64,000 bases of DNA, taken from assembly GCA_052327205.1 (NCBI GenBank), contig CM126207.1:207948001-208012000 (forward strand), read 5' to 3'. The translations under genes and the position numbers were made by a program. The number at the start of each line of letters is the position of its first letter. Positions within the stretch are counted from its first letter, which is position 1. Under the pieces are notes generated by a model, which saw only the letters and a program-made list of their open reading frames with translations, was not told the origin of the DNA and ran no database searches. Below, piece after piece: positions 49,551 to 60,738 of this stretch. This DNA comes from Somniosus microcephalus. Its lineage: Eukaryota.

Positions 49551-49892
49551 CTGTAAAGCAGCAACAGGAGAAAATAATAATAAAATGAGAAATCAAACTA
49601 CCAAATGGGATGGGAGTTTATCTCTGTGGGAGTTCTAATAGAAATCTTCCTTAGGTAGAAAATAAGGGAAATAGTGTGTTGTCGAGTTAGGTTTGGACAT
49701 AATTGAAATCATGGAATGTACAACAAAAACTTGCAATGCAAGTTTTCCTTTGAAAATGGTACTTAGTAAAAGATAAATCACAAAGGCATTCTTTGCCTCA
49801 TTAAGTGAGTTAGATGCCTCACCAGTAGGCGGCGTTAGTTTGTATTTAGCTTGTGCACAATGCATCATCACTTGTGAGGGTGAGGTGAGATT

Positions 49893-50690
49893 CGGTCAAA
49901 TCTTGCTGGAGCGGGGCATCTCTCAGTGTGCGCCGTTGGACCTTTTCCCTTCAGCTCTAATATAATTTGCGGCGTAACTTGGTGGAAGTACGAGCTGATA
50001 ATGGTGCAGCAAGCACAATGGCGCATCTGGGAGCTAAGTGAATGGCAGGACCAACAGTGTATCTCATTAAAGAATGAGATTTAAGGATTGGGAAAGAAAC
50101 AGAGTGAATTAGAGTCAAATCAGGTACAGAAACAGGGAAAGAAAGATTGGATTGAGAGAGAGAAAATAGAGACAAAGAAAAGTAAGAAAAAAAACAAATT
50201 TAAAATCTCTTAGAAGCATTTACTACATACAGGAATGAGACAACAGTTTAAATTGTTCCCTTTATGGGACGGAGAGGTTGATTGGCATTGCATTAACAAT
50301 TATCACATTATTAAAAGGGTACTTACACTGCTAATTATGAGCCCGAACTTTCTGTGGCAAGTTTAATGGCAAGTAACGTGCAGATCCAGCAAATTCTTTA
50401 AAATAATGTTCCCATTAAGCTGCGCAGCAGTCTGGCTCACCGGCTTTTAAATGGAAAAACCGCGCATGCGCGGAACTTTGAATAGGCCACATGCCCAAAA
50501 AGAATTAGAGGAAACATTGGTTGAGGATGAGCTGTCATTTGTGCAAGGCAAATGGCGGAGCAGCGTAATTTAACCAGAAAGTTACAGAGATTCACGGCGA
50601 ATCTCCTCTTCCCCTGAACTTGCTGGCCGATTTGCGTATTAATGCCATGCATCGTGAACCCGCCGTTATATTTCCAGGAAGCTTTGAATA
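49893..50690. mobile_element. Harbinger-type non-autonomous element, copy 1, with a nested hAT MITE at 50404-50519
   Basis: Reverse-complement similarity to 54886-55629 along its length. Confidence 0.7.
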
Positions 50691-51821
50691 TTTTAACAAT
50701 CAAAAAAGTTCACTTTTCTAGTAATTTGGCTGGCCTGCTGAATTGTTGTCCTCATGTTATGATTGGTCAGTGGTTCCCTAAAGCCTAATGCTTCCAATTA
50801 GACACTTATCTAGCAATCTGAATGTTTGTGGAAACCATGGCCTTTGAACTATTGCTTGATATGACTGCAGCGACTATCTTGCAGTTTAGGTTTCTTTAGT
50901 GAAATTTCTATATGATATACTTGAAACTTGTTACAAGGTCAGAGACCCAACCTGGCAGCAGCAACACTATTCACTGGCAGAGTATCCCCATAAATCTTCC
51001 CCCTAACACCCCTTGGCCAGAATCAAATAAATTGGCTGTACTGTTAAATATGCACAACTGGACCAATTAACCCAATGTATAGTCCTGTAAGCATTGTGTG
51101 GACTAAACCTATTGTGACTTAACCAACTATGACAATGTATGTAAAATGCTCAAAAGTAATTTAAAAGTATATCAGTATACATCTTGCGATCAAAATATAG
51201 TTTTATCTCAATGTATTTAAACCTGTAATAAATACGTTGCACAATTTTTCCAATTGACATTTTAATTAAGTCGTCATTCTGAATTGACAACCTACTTGCC
51301 CCACATTCAGTGTTGTGTTTTGTTAATTTTCTTTTTACTAATCTCATTTGTGTCTATTGCCCTAGTTATTTCTGAAAGGCCCCTCCCTCTCCACGTGTCA
51401 CAGCATGGTTGCTATATTTGGTCACCTATCTGTTACAAAGGGTATAAAGATCTATCCATAATCTATTTCTATCATAATGAGGGCCTCAGTTCTTTTATCT
51501 CAAATGCCACTTCATAACTTGTGAAATACCACGGCCATGTGATAAACCGCAGACATGAACCAGAATCCATCATTCCTTAATACTGTAGACCCGCGCACTG
51601 CGCTGCACGACTGGGAGGAGGGATTTTTGTAAGCTGGGTGTAGCAAAGTCATGAACATTTCATAAAGAACCAGTTTATGATTTTGCTACACTAACGTAGA
51701 AGAAACCTTTGCCTAGGGACACCAGCCTACTAGTTTGGATATTCTTGAATATAATGTTTGCAAGGTGATCGTTGTCTGAAAATGCAGCCAAGCCACAACT
51801 AGATTTTTTTTTTTACATTAC

Positions 51822-51942
51822 CTCATCAAATAAGGCTTTGTATTGAATTTTTTTGCCATCTCCAAGCTGGGTTGTTGCAGCACTAATTAGCTCGTGGACG
51901 TTTCTTTCACTCTTATTAAGGAGGGCAGTCTTCAAAGTTTGA
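51822..51942 (-). CDS. TSNAXIP1: TSNAXIP1 exon (QTLKTALLNKSERNVHELI…IQYKALFDE)
   Basis: 121 nt, phase 2->0; resembles human LKSTFPLKTEEQIQEL…YRSLFME. Confidence 0.88.
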
Positions 51943-52039
51943 CTATAAGAAACAAGTTTGAGTTTTTATTTCAAAGCTACATACACCAAGATATAAAGAT
52001 ACAGTGGCAAGCTACCAGTGTCTATTGGGCTCTGTTGGT

Positions 52040-52970
52040 AGCTTCTTGTCTGGGTTCAAGCTTCACTCCAGGACTTCAGTACATAATTAGGCTGATACTT
52101 CAGTGCAGTAGTGAGGGAGTATTGCATTGTCAGAGGTGCTTTCTTTTGGATGAGATGTTAAATGAAGGCACTGTTTGCTTGTTCAGGTGGATGTAAAAGA
52201 TTCCAAGATATTATTTAAAGAGTAGGGAATTCTCTTGGTGTCCTGACCAACATCCCTCTCAACCGACAGCACCAAAACAGATTAACTGGCCCTTATCTAA
52301 TTTGCAATTTGTGGGGACTTGCTGTGCACAAATTGGCTGCTGTACTTGTTACATAGTAACAGTGACTACACTACAAAAGTAATGAATTGGTTATGAAGCT
52401 GTTTAGGATACCCAGAGGCATGATTCTCATCGTGCTGGTTCTCATCCTATTCTGGCTGCTGCTTCCAAGCTGCTGAATGATCTCTGCTTTGCTGCTATCT
52501 GCTTGCTTCCTCTGCTCCACTTGTCCATCACCTTTTGGGTTGGACCAGCTCCTCGTCATCCTACAGTTGTTCCTCTCACTAGTTCCCTCATCCTCTGACT
52601 AGTTCCCTTATTCTGCCGATTTGCCCTTCAACCTCTCCTGGCTCCCTGCTCTTAATCCTTGGGTTTCACTCCCAATGATCCTCGCTCCTTTACTGGTCCA
52701 CTGGATCTGTGTGTGCAATCTGCTAACACTTGAGGCAACTGCACACCTCTGCCTAAGCCTCATGCTCTGGAATTCCTTCCCTAAACCCCTCCACTTCTCC
52801 ATCTTCCTTTCCTCCTTTAAGACCCTCCTTTAAACCCACCTCTTTGACCAAGCATTTGGTCACCGCTTCTAATCTCTCCTCCTTTGGCTCAGTGTCCAAT
52901 TTTTTGATTATGCCTTTGTGAAGTGCTTTTCTACATTAAAGGTACTATATAAATGCAAGTTGTTGTAGTT
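52040..52970 (+). mobile_element. Deu-domain SINE followed by an L2 3' end
   Basis: SINE core at 52040-52425; L2 tail CTCTGGAATTCC…CTCTTTGACC…TATATAAATGCAAGTTG at 52740-52970. Confidence 0.6.
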
Positions 52971-54472
52971 GTCTTGTCTCAAACAATGGGCAAGCCAGTG
53001 CACAGCCATAACTCCATTGTTTATAGTCCTTTATTTTCTTTGCCAGCAGAAAAATAGACACAAGAGAGTCCAGTAAAAAGTAAAATCTTAGATCCTGATG
53101 GTCCAGTGGAATTTTACATTAAATACTGACGGAGATCTTGGAAATACTATGTTGAAGGACACTAGTTTAGTTTACTATTTCAGTACAAGGCACCATTTAT
53201 CAGTGACTCATTAATGGCAGCATTTTGACCATATTTAAAGTAGAGACTCAATATGTCCTACATAGTTTGTTTTTTTGATGGTGAAAGATGACTATGTTCA
53301 AATAGTGTTGATGCTCAGAGGGTTTAAATTTTTTTCTTCTTTTGTTACATTGATGAGTCAGCTTTTTCTTATCTAGGTTCCTCTGCACTGCAAAGTTACA
53401 GCACCTAAAATCACTAAGATACATCTTGTATATTTTGCTAACTTCAGCCAATTTTCATCTCAGTACAGAAGAGGTTTGTGAAACTTCTTTTTAATGAATA
53501 GCACTGTTTCCTTGTTAAATTAATTCCTTCTGGTATGCTTATTGTTACACCACAGCTGAAACTGCAGGAATCAACTTTGTTGGAATTCCACCACATATTA
53601 CAGTCAACTAAAATCTCACTCAAATGCCCAGTCTTCATGTGTCAATTGGGACAGAGAGTGCCAGCAGGCTATTTGAGCTTGGAAGGCATCATGGCCAAGA
53701 CTGACCCTGTCCTCACAAAAACAACTTGCATTTATATAGTGCCTTTTAGTCATCAGTCACCCACATACATGCACTGTTCAGCAGGAATCACTAGATAGCA
53801 ATCAGCATCAGGAACACAGGCCACTGTTCTTCCTAACCCAGGGACATTGGGACCAATTGTAGCACCATTATTGCCATCCCACCTCAGATCACACACAAAC
53901 AAAAAGCAGGAATTGAACCGGAGATCTTTAGATTTGTATGGCTGAATACCATATCATGCATTTACCCACAGAGTCATCAGGAATACCTTCAAAATATTTT
54001 TGTTAACTTTATGTTTATTGATGTATTTAAATAAGCTTTTAACTTTTGTATTTTTTTAAATTCCCCTTTTTTCTTTGCCTGAGCTAACACCTGCAGCCGA
54101 AAGAGCAGCTTACGGCCACCCCCGCTGTCATCAATGTCCCTTGTAGCCGACTGCAAAGAGGTGAAAGAGATTTTCCAGTTATGACTCTTCCCCCTCCCCC
54201 CAACCCCTCCCAGTTTACAGTTACTGTTGGTAGTGGAGATTGTAGCGTTCCCTCCTCCTGAAAGGAAGTACTCTGTTTTAGCTCTCTACTCCACTGGACT
54301 AAACTCAACAGTGAGAGGCAGGTAGGTTCTAAGTGACCATGAACCTTGAGGGTCAGAGCCATGGCTCCTAGTTAGAGGTGTAAATGTTCTTTTGTTCCTC
54401 CTATTGCGTTATTCATTTGAAAGCCATTTGATTTCCCTGGGTAATCTAAATACTTGTTTGAACAACTCCAAC

Positions 54473-54582
54473 CTGAACTCCTGTTTGGAAAGAAAGCCTT
54501 TTCCGGAGGTGTCACGATGTGTCAGTTCTTTCAGCAGGTGTGAAATAAGTTGAATCTGCCCATGGTATACACTTTCATCAAC
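54473..54582 (-). CDS. TSNAXIP1: TSNAXIP1 exon (VDESVYHGQ…LLKELTHRDTSGKGFLSKQEF), EF-hand-like
   Basis: 110 nt, phase 0->2. Confidence 0.9.
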
Positions 54583-54885
54583 CTAAGAAAAACATTTTTT
54601 AGAACACAAGCATTGTTAGACAGCTATGCTAGAATATCTTAGCTATGTATAATTTTTTCCAATTTATGTCTCAAACCTTGGCCAGTAACTTCATTCTCTC
54701 GAATTTACTCCCATTAGGTAAAGATCCAATTTCTACAATGCTACTTCCTCAAATGACACAGTCATAATGAGGAACTTGTTGGATAGGAGATCACCAAAGC
54801 AAACCCGAGTTCTGTCCCCTTGCAGTGGAGAGCAGTGAAGAACTAATCTGCTGCTTTGCTGTCCTATTACTCTTGGGAATATATT

Positions 54886-55629
54886 GGGCCAGATTTTGCT
54901 GAAAAAATAACTACGTCTGAATGATGCACACGTTTATTAATGTGCAAATCAGTCAGCAACTTGTGGCGAGGAAGAGATAGCCCGTGAATTGCGAATCATC
55001 ACAGGTTGCTGGCTGATTTGCGCCGCTCCGCTGTTAGCGCTGCGAAAATGGCATCTCGCCCTTAACTTCCCTGTGATTTTCATGGAGTTGCTGCATGTAC
55101 ACATTAATTGCCATTAAATTTGCCACAGAAAGTTAAGTCTAGTAATTAATAGTGTAAGTACCCTTTTAATGATGTGATCATTGTTAATAACTGCCAATCA
55201 ACCTCTCTTGCCCAGAAAGTGGACAATTATAAATGTGGAGTGTCATTCTGAGTTGTGAATTGTTGTTTGAGATTTTTAAAATTTCATTTAAAAAAAATCT
55301 TTCTTTTCCTTTTTGTCTCTTTTTTTCTATCTCTCAATCAAATCTTTCTTTGCCTCTCTTTATTTCTCTTTCTGTACCTGATTTCACATTGAATTCATCC
55401 ACTCTAATTCACCCTCCTCCTTAGTCCTTCCTCTATTTATATTTCAATCCCTAAATCTCATTGGTTAAGGAGATATACTGATTGTCCCATCGTTCACCAA
55501 CATCCCAGATGCCCTGTTCCCCTGTTATCAATTCGCTCTTCCAGCAACTTTGTGGGCAAAAAATTTAAAAACCTAAATGTGCACAAACAAGTCTCATTAA
55601 CAGGGCCCTGCTCCAGCAAAATCTGGACC
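54886..55629. mobile_element. Harbinger-type non-autonomous element, copy 2 (about 744 bp)
   Basis: TIR GGGCCAGATTTTGCTG...CAGCAAAATCTGGACC with 3-bp ATT flanks. Confidence 0.75.
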
Positions 55630-56539
55630 ATTATTTATTGTGGATATGTTATCTTTTATTTTCCCTCTTTTTTCCCTTGTACTTGTTACTAATCCAAGAT
55701 CTTCTCTCGGGTTCAGCAGCACTGGAGACACCCGTAAATGGATCCCACACCCTTACGATCTGGAGTTTACTATCACTACCCAATTATCTAGGTTTACCAT
55801 AGTGTAACCTGGGGGTTGTAATGACAGTACCACCTTGTTATATAAACTGGATATTGTGAGCCTCACACATGCCTTCACATGTGCTTCTCCAATCTTCTGA
55901 AAGGCAGGCTGATTAATATCTGGCCTCATCTCACTAGTATGTTAATCATTAAACTGCTTTATTTTACACTCAGTAAGTGAATGCACACAGTAACCACTTG
56001 TAGAAAATCTCACTTACTTCAATTTAACCTTGATTTCTCTTCATAGATAAGAAAAAATAAACCACACTGCCCTGTCCCGGATAGTGGGTTAAATATATTT
56101 GCTTTTGGTCAATCTTAGCATTGAATCAGAACAAGGCTTACGCTCAGCCAGGACAACTCTATTCTTGAGGTAGATTGCCTAGACATTACTTGCCTTTCTC
56201 AGCAGATCTCACCAACTAACCTCCGATATATGGACCTTTGTTCTTTTTTTCTCCATGTCCTCAGGAAGTATGACCTCCAACTCCTCCCTTATCAAGGAGT
56301 TGGTCAGTAGGGCTGCTAATTAACCTGGTTACCACCCTCCCATGAGTGGATTCTTACCAGACAGCCCATTCTATGTACACAAGAATAGCACCATCTCATG
56401 TCAATGGCCTAGATGCCTGAAATGAGATAACAAATTAACTTTTATCCCAGGTCATTATGGATAACATACCAATCTCCCAGCAGCCTTGGAATTTCCTTCT
56501 GTTAACAACAGCCAGGGAGAGGCAATATCTTTGTGAATT

Positions 56540-58165
56540 AACCCCTAAAATTCCAATTCTGAATGCATAATCAGAAATATGTTTTAGATTAAAACAAGTC
56601 AGCCTAACATCGGCGGTGGGGGAGTTATTGGAAACCATTATTAGGGACAAAATAAACTTTAATTTGGAAATGCATGAATTAATCAAGGAGAGCCAACATG
56701 GATTGCTAAAGGCAAATCGTGTCTGACTAACTTGAGTGAATTCTTTGATCCAAGATGTGCGGGTTAGGTTGATTGGCCATGATAAAAATTGGCCCTTAGT
56801 GTTAGGGGGGGATTAAATACGTGGGGTTATGGGGATAGGGCTTGGGTGGGATGGCTGTCGGTGTAGGGACCGGGTGCTAGGGTTTGGATGATCAGCCATG
56901 ATCTCGTTGAATGGCGGAGCAGGCTCGAGGGGCCGAATGGCCTACTCCTGCTCCTATGTTTCTATGTAACAGAGAAGGTTGATCAAGATAGTACAGTAGA
57001 TGTATATATGGACTTTCGGAAGACATTTGACAAAGGGCCACACAGGAGGCTTATTAAGAAGATGGAAGTCCATGGAATTAAGGGGAAAGTGGCAGTATGG
57101 ATATGGAATTAACTCAGTGACAGGAAGCAGAGGGTGGTAGTGGGTGATGTTTTTCAGACTGGGGGTGGTTTGCAGTGGTGTTCCCCAAGGGTCGGTTTTG
57201 GCTCCATTACTCTTTTCAATTTTTATAAACAACCTAGACTTGGGTGTAGGGAGCAGCATTATAAACTTTGCAGATGATTAATTGAAACTTGGCAACTTAA
57301 TAGATAATGAAGAGGATAGTTGTAGATTTCAGGATGATATAGACAGGATGGTGAAATGGGCAGAAGTATGGCAGTTGGAATTCAATGTGGAGAAGTTTAA
57401 AGTGATGCACTTTGGAAGGACTAATATGGAAAGACAGTGTACTATAAATAATACAAAAAGTGTAGCTGAGCAGAGAGACCTTGGTGTCCATATACATAAA
57501 TCCTTAAAGATGGCAGGGCAAGTTGATAAGTTGGTTCAAAAAGCATATCGGTTACTTGGGTTTAGAAATTGAGGCATAGAATATAAAGGAAGAGAGATCA
57601 TGCTAGAACTTTATAAATCATTGGTTAGGCCTTAGCTGGAGTACTTTGGATAATTCTGGGCACCACACTTCAGGAACGATGTAAAGGCCTTAAAGGGTAC
57701 AGAGAAGGTTTACCAGAATGTTACCAGAGATGAGGGACTTCAGTTATGAGGAGAGGTGGGAAAAGTTAAGACTGATTTCCTTGGAACAGGGAAGGTTAAG
57801 AGATGACCTAATAAAGGTTTTCAAGATGGAGAGGTTTTGATAAAGACTATTCCCTCTGGCAAGTGGGTCAATAACCAGAGGGCGTAGATTAAAATCATTG
57901 GCAACAGATCTAGAGTGGAGAGGAGGAGAAATATTTTCAGTCAGAGAGTTGTCGGGATCTGGAACACTCCACCTGAAAAGAGGATGGAAGCCAATTCCAT
58001 AAATAATTTTAAAGGGAGTTGGATAGGTACTTGAGGATGAGGAACTTACAGGGTTACAGACAAAAAGCAGGGGTGTGGGACTAAACACGACTGCTCTTTC
58101 AAAGAGACAGCACAGGCATGAGGGACCGAATGGCCTCCTGTGCTGTGTTTCTATGATTCTATGAA
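56540..58165 (+). mobile_element. Decayed CR1 LINE with a nested SINE-like insertion (about 56750-56966)
   Basis: QHG..KGKSCLTNL.EFFD | insertion ending in a CR1-type tail | VTEKVD..YMDFRKTFDK, GVPQGSVL, FADD. Confidence 0.88.
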
Positions 58166-58580
58166 AAATCCCTCCTTGGTCAATTAGCCAATAATTCCTA
58201 TGCAGGACAGTAGTCTTTTGTGCTGTTAAGGCTAACACTGATGTCCTCCTCCCATGCTAACACCAATGACATATTTAGCTGGTTGAAAGGAAGTAGATAG
58301 TTCCAACCTTCCTCACAATTTTCCCTCTGGCTGTAAGAAAGCTCCTGGCCTTTGCTCAACACCTCCACAGTAGCACAGCTGATATTGGGAATGCAGCAGA
58401 GTAGGGGGAACTCAAACCTACATCTCACCACTGCTGCGGCACACCTTATCAATACCATAATGTGGACACCAGCACACATCAGAGCAGAAGGGTATCCTGT
58501 TAATAATGTAGGACTAACAAAAATGATTACTATTTGAAATTTGAAATAACTTTGTTGAATCAGGGAATGCAGAAACTCAC

Positions 58581-58739
58581 AATTCCATTGATAATACTGA
58601 AAAACAGACTGATGAACTCATCTGTCTGCTGGTTCCTGCAGCCATAGTAAATGTTGTAGGCCCAAAGCATAGCAGAGTCTCCATATTTCTTCTGGAGGAA
58701 TTTATGGAAAAACTCAGGAAGGTTGGACCTTGTCCCACT
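58581..58739 (-). CDS. TSNAXIP1: TSNAXIP1 exon (…LPEFFHKFLQKKYGDSAMLWAYNIY…)
   Basis: 159 nt, phase 0->0; resembles human PDFFFNFLEHRFG…AMAWAY. Confidence 0.92.
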
Positions 58740-59994
58740 CTATATTTTGGAAGAAAATGCTTAGAATTTAAAAAAACAGTATACAAATATTTTTATAGAA
58801 TCATTACATCATAGACATAATTATATTATCAGTATCAATGGATGGAAAATAAATCATGTTCTCTTGTTTCATAAAAGTTTCTTCCATTGCAGTTATTATA
58901 TGTCTATAGGAAATCAATTAAGAGGTGTTATCTAAGCACAAAATAAACCATAACATAGTATTTTAAAAAAATCAGCTCCAATTTTCTCATGCTGGGTGCA
59001 AGTTCAGGATGCCACGATTCTCTAGTATCTCACTCAGGTGTGAGTCTAGACATTGAATGTTGGCAGTGGGGGATATCACAGATACCTTCAGCCCTATCCC
59101 CGCTCACCTTCCGCCCATGTATACTGTCACTGAATAGAAATCATGAATGTGATCTTTGGCTATATATTTTTTTCCCTAGCCCAGAAACACTGAGGCCAGT
59201 CCCAGTTGTGGCTTTCCACTGCAGTGCCCTCAATGATGGGTTGGGGCAGGACATCACAGCCAAGTCCAGTTGTGTCCACTTCCAGCAGTGGTCACTGGAA
59301 AACAAGCAGGATTCGGAACTCTGGCAAATTTTCTCTTCCCTATCTGAAGTGTGCTGACGGCACCTGTAGTACCGCTACCACCATTTTAGCTGAGATCAGC
59401 TAATTCAGTACAAACTACGATTGAGCCTGGACTCCTCCTGTCTGTATGTTCAGATACTCACTGAAACTTGCTGAACCATTGAAAGATATTAAAAAGTGAG
59501 TTTTTAAGTGTAATAGGGATGCAATCCTTGAGGCTCCGGTATAAATGATGTTCAGGGAGGAGAGTAAGTTCATGGCTGGGGGATATCAAGATTAGTGGAA
59601 CAATTGGAGATAGAGAGATATGAATTTATGGCAGACAGAGGAGACTGCTTTGTGACAAAGTGTCTAGAGCTTATACTGGCATGCTAGCATTCTGCAAAAT
59701 TCAGGCCAGTTTTGTCCATGTATATGACATAATACATGCCACATAATGCCTCCTAAAGCAAAGCACCCAGTGTGTGTAGCGAGTATAAGCTGTCCAGCTC
59801 AATTGATGTGCTGTTAATATATGACTGCTTTCCTTATATACTGCATTGTTGAAATCTCTCCAAATAACAGGCAGAATTATCCCAAATATAACTGACTTGC
59901 TATCCTTCCAGAGAGAACAGTTCCCTCTTTTGTGAGAATCTGTATCAATTCCGTGAAAGTCACTGCTGTGGTGCTGAGGACTGAATTCACATAC

Positions 59995-60123
59995 GTGTTG
60001 ATCTGCTGCAATCTTTTCTTTCCAGATTTCCTTCAGCAAGTTGGTTACGTCCTCCTTTCCCAAATTCACATTCTTGACTAGACCATCATGACGCAGATAT
60101 ACAATAACATCTTCTCCAGTACC
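59995..60123 (-). CDS. TSNAXIP1: TSNAXIP1 exon (GTGEDVIVYLRHDGLVKN…LLKEIWKEK); gene continues beyond the window
   Basis: 129 nt, phase 0->0; resembles human GYGEAIPAFLRFDGLVEN…LLKDAWKER. Confidence 0.92.
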
Positions 60124-60597
60124 CTATGCAAAAAGAAGGCAATCTTGCTTGTAATCCATGCTTTATATTCAGATGAGACATTTAACCAAGACCTTGTCTG
60201 CCTGCTGAGGTGCACATAAAAGATCTCATGGCACTATTCAAAGAGTAGAGCAGTTCTCCCGGTGTCCTGGCCAATATTAATCCATCATCCAACATCACTA
60301 AAAAACAAATTGTTTCCCATTGCTGTTTGTGGGACCTTGCTGTATGTAAATTGGCTGCCATGTTTTCCTACATTCCAACATTCAACACTTCAAAAGCACG
60401 CAATTGGCTGTAAAGCACTTTGGGACATGCTGAAGTCATGAAAGGCACTGTACAAATGTAAGTCCTTTCCTGTAATCCATGTTTTATTATGTTTATGTAC
60501 TTGCCATCATTTTAGGTCCTTGTGCACCAATGTTCAATTGAGAGACCCTGTTTGCTGTCTCGGCCAATGCTGCTCTCCATCCATATCCATGAGCAGC

Positions 60598-60738
60598 TTT
60601 TTTTAAAATTCATTCTCAAGATGTGGGCATTGCTGGCAAAGCCAGCATTTATTGTCAATCCCTAGTTGCCCATAGACCATGATGGTGGGCCTTCTTATTT
60701 AACCACTGTGGTGAAGGTGCTCCCACAAATGTTGTTAG
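60598..60738 (-). mobile_element. 3' end of an L2/Crack-like LINE, cut by the Gypsy insertion
   Basis: Reverse-complement similarity to 23985-24133. Confidence 0.75.
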
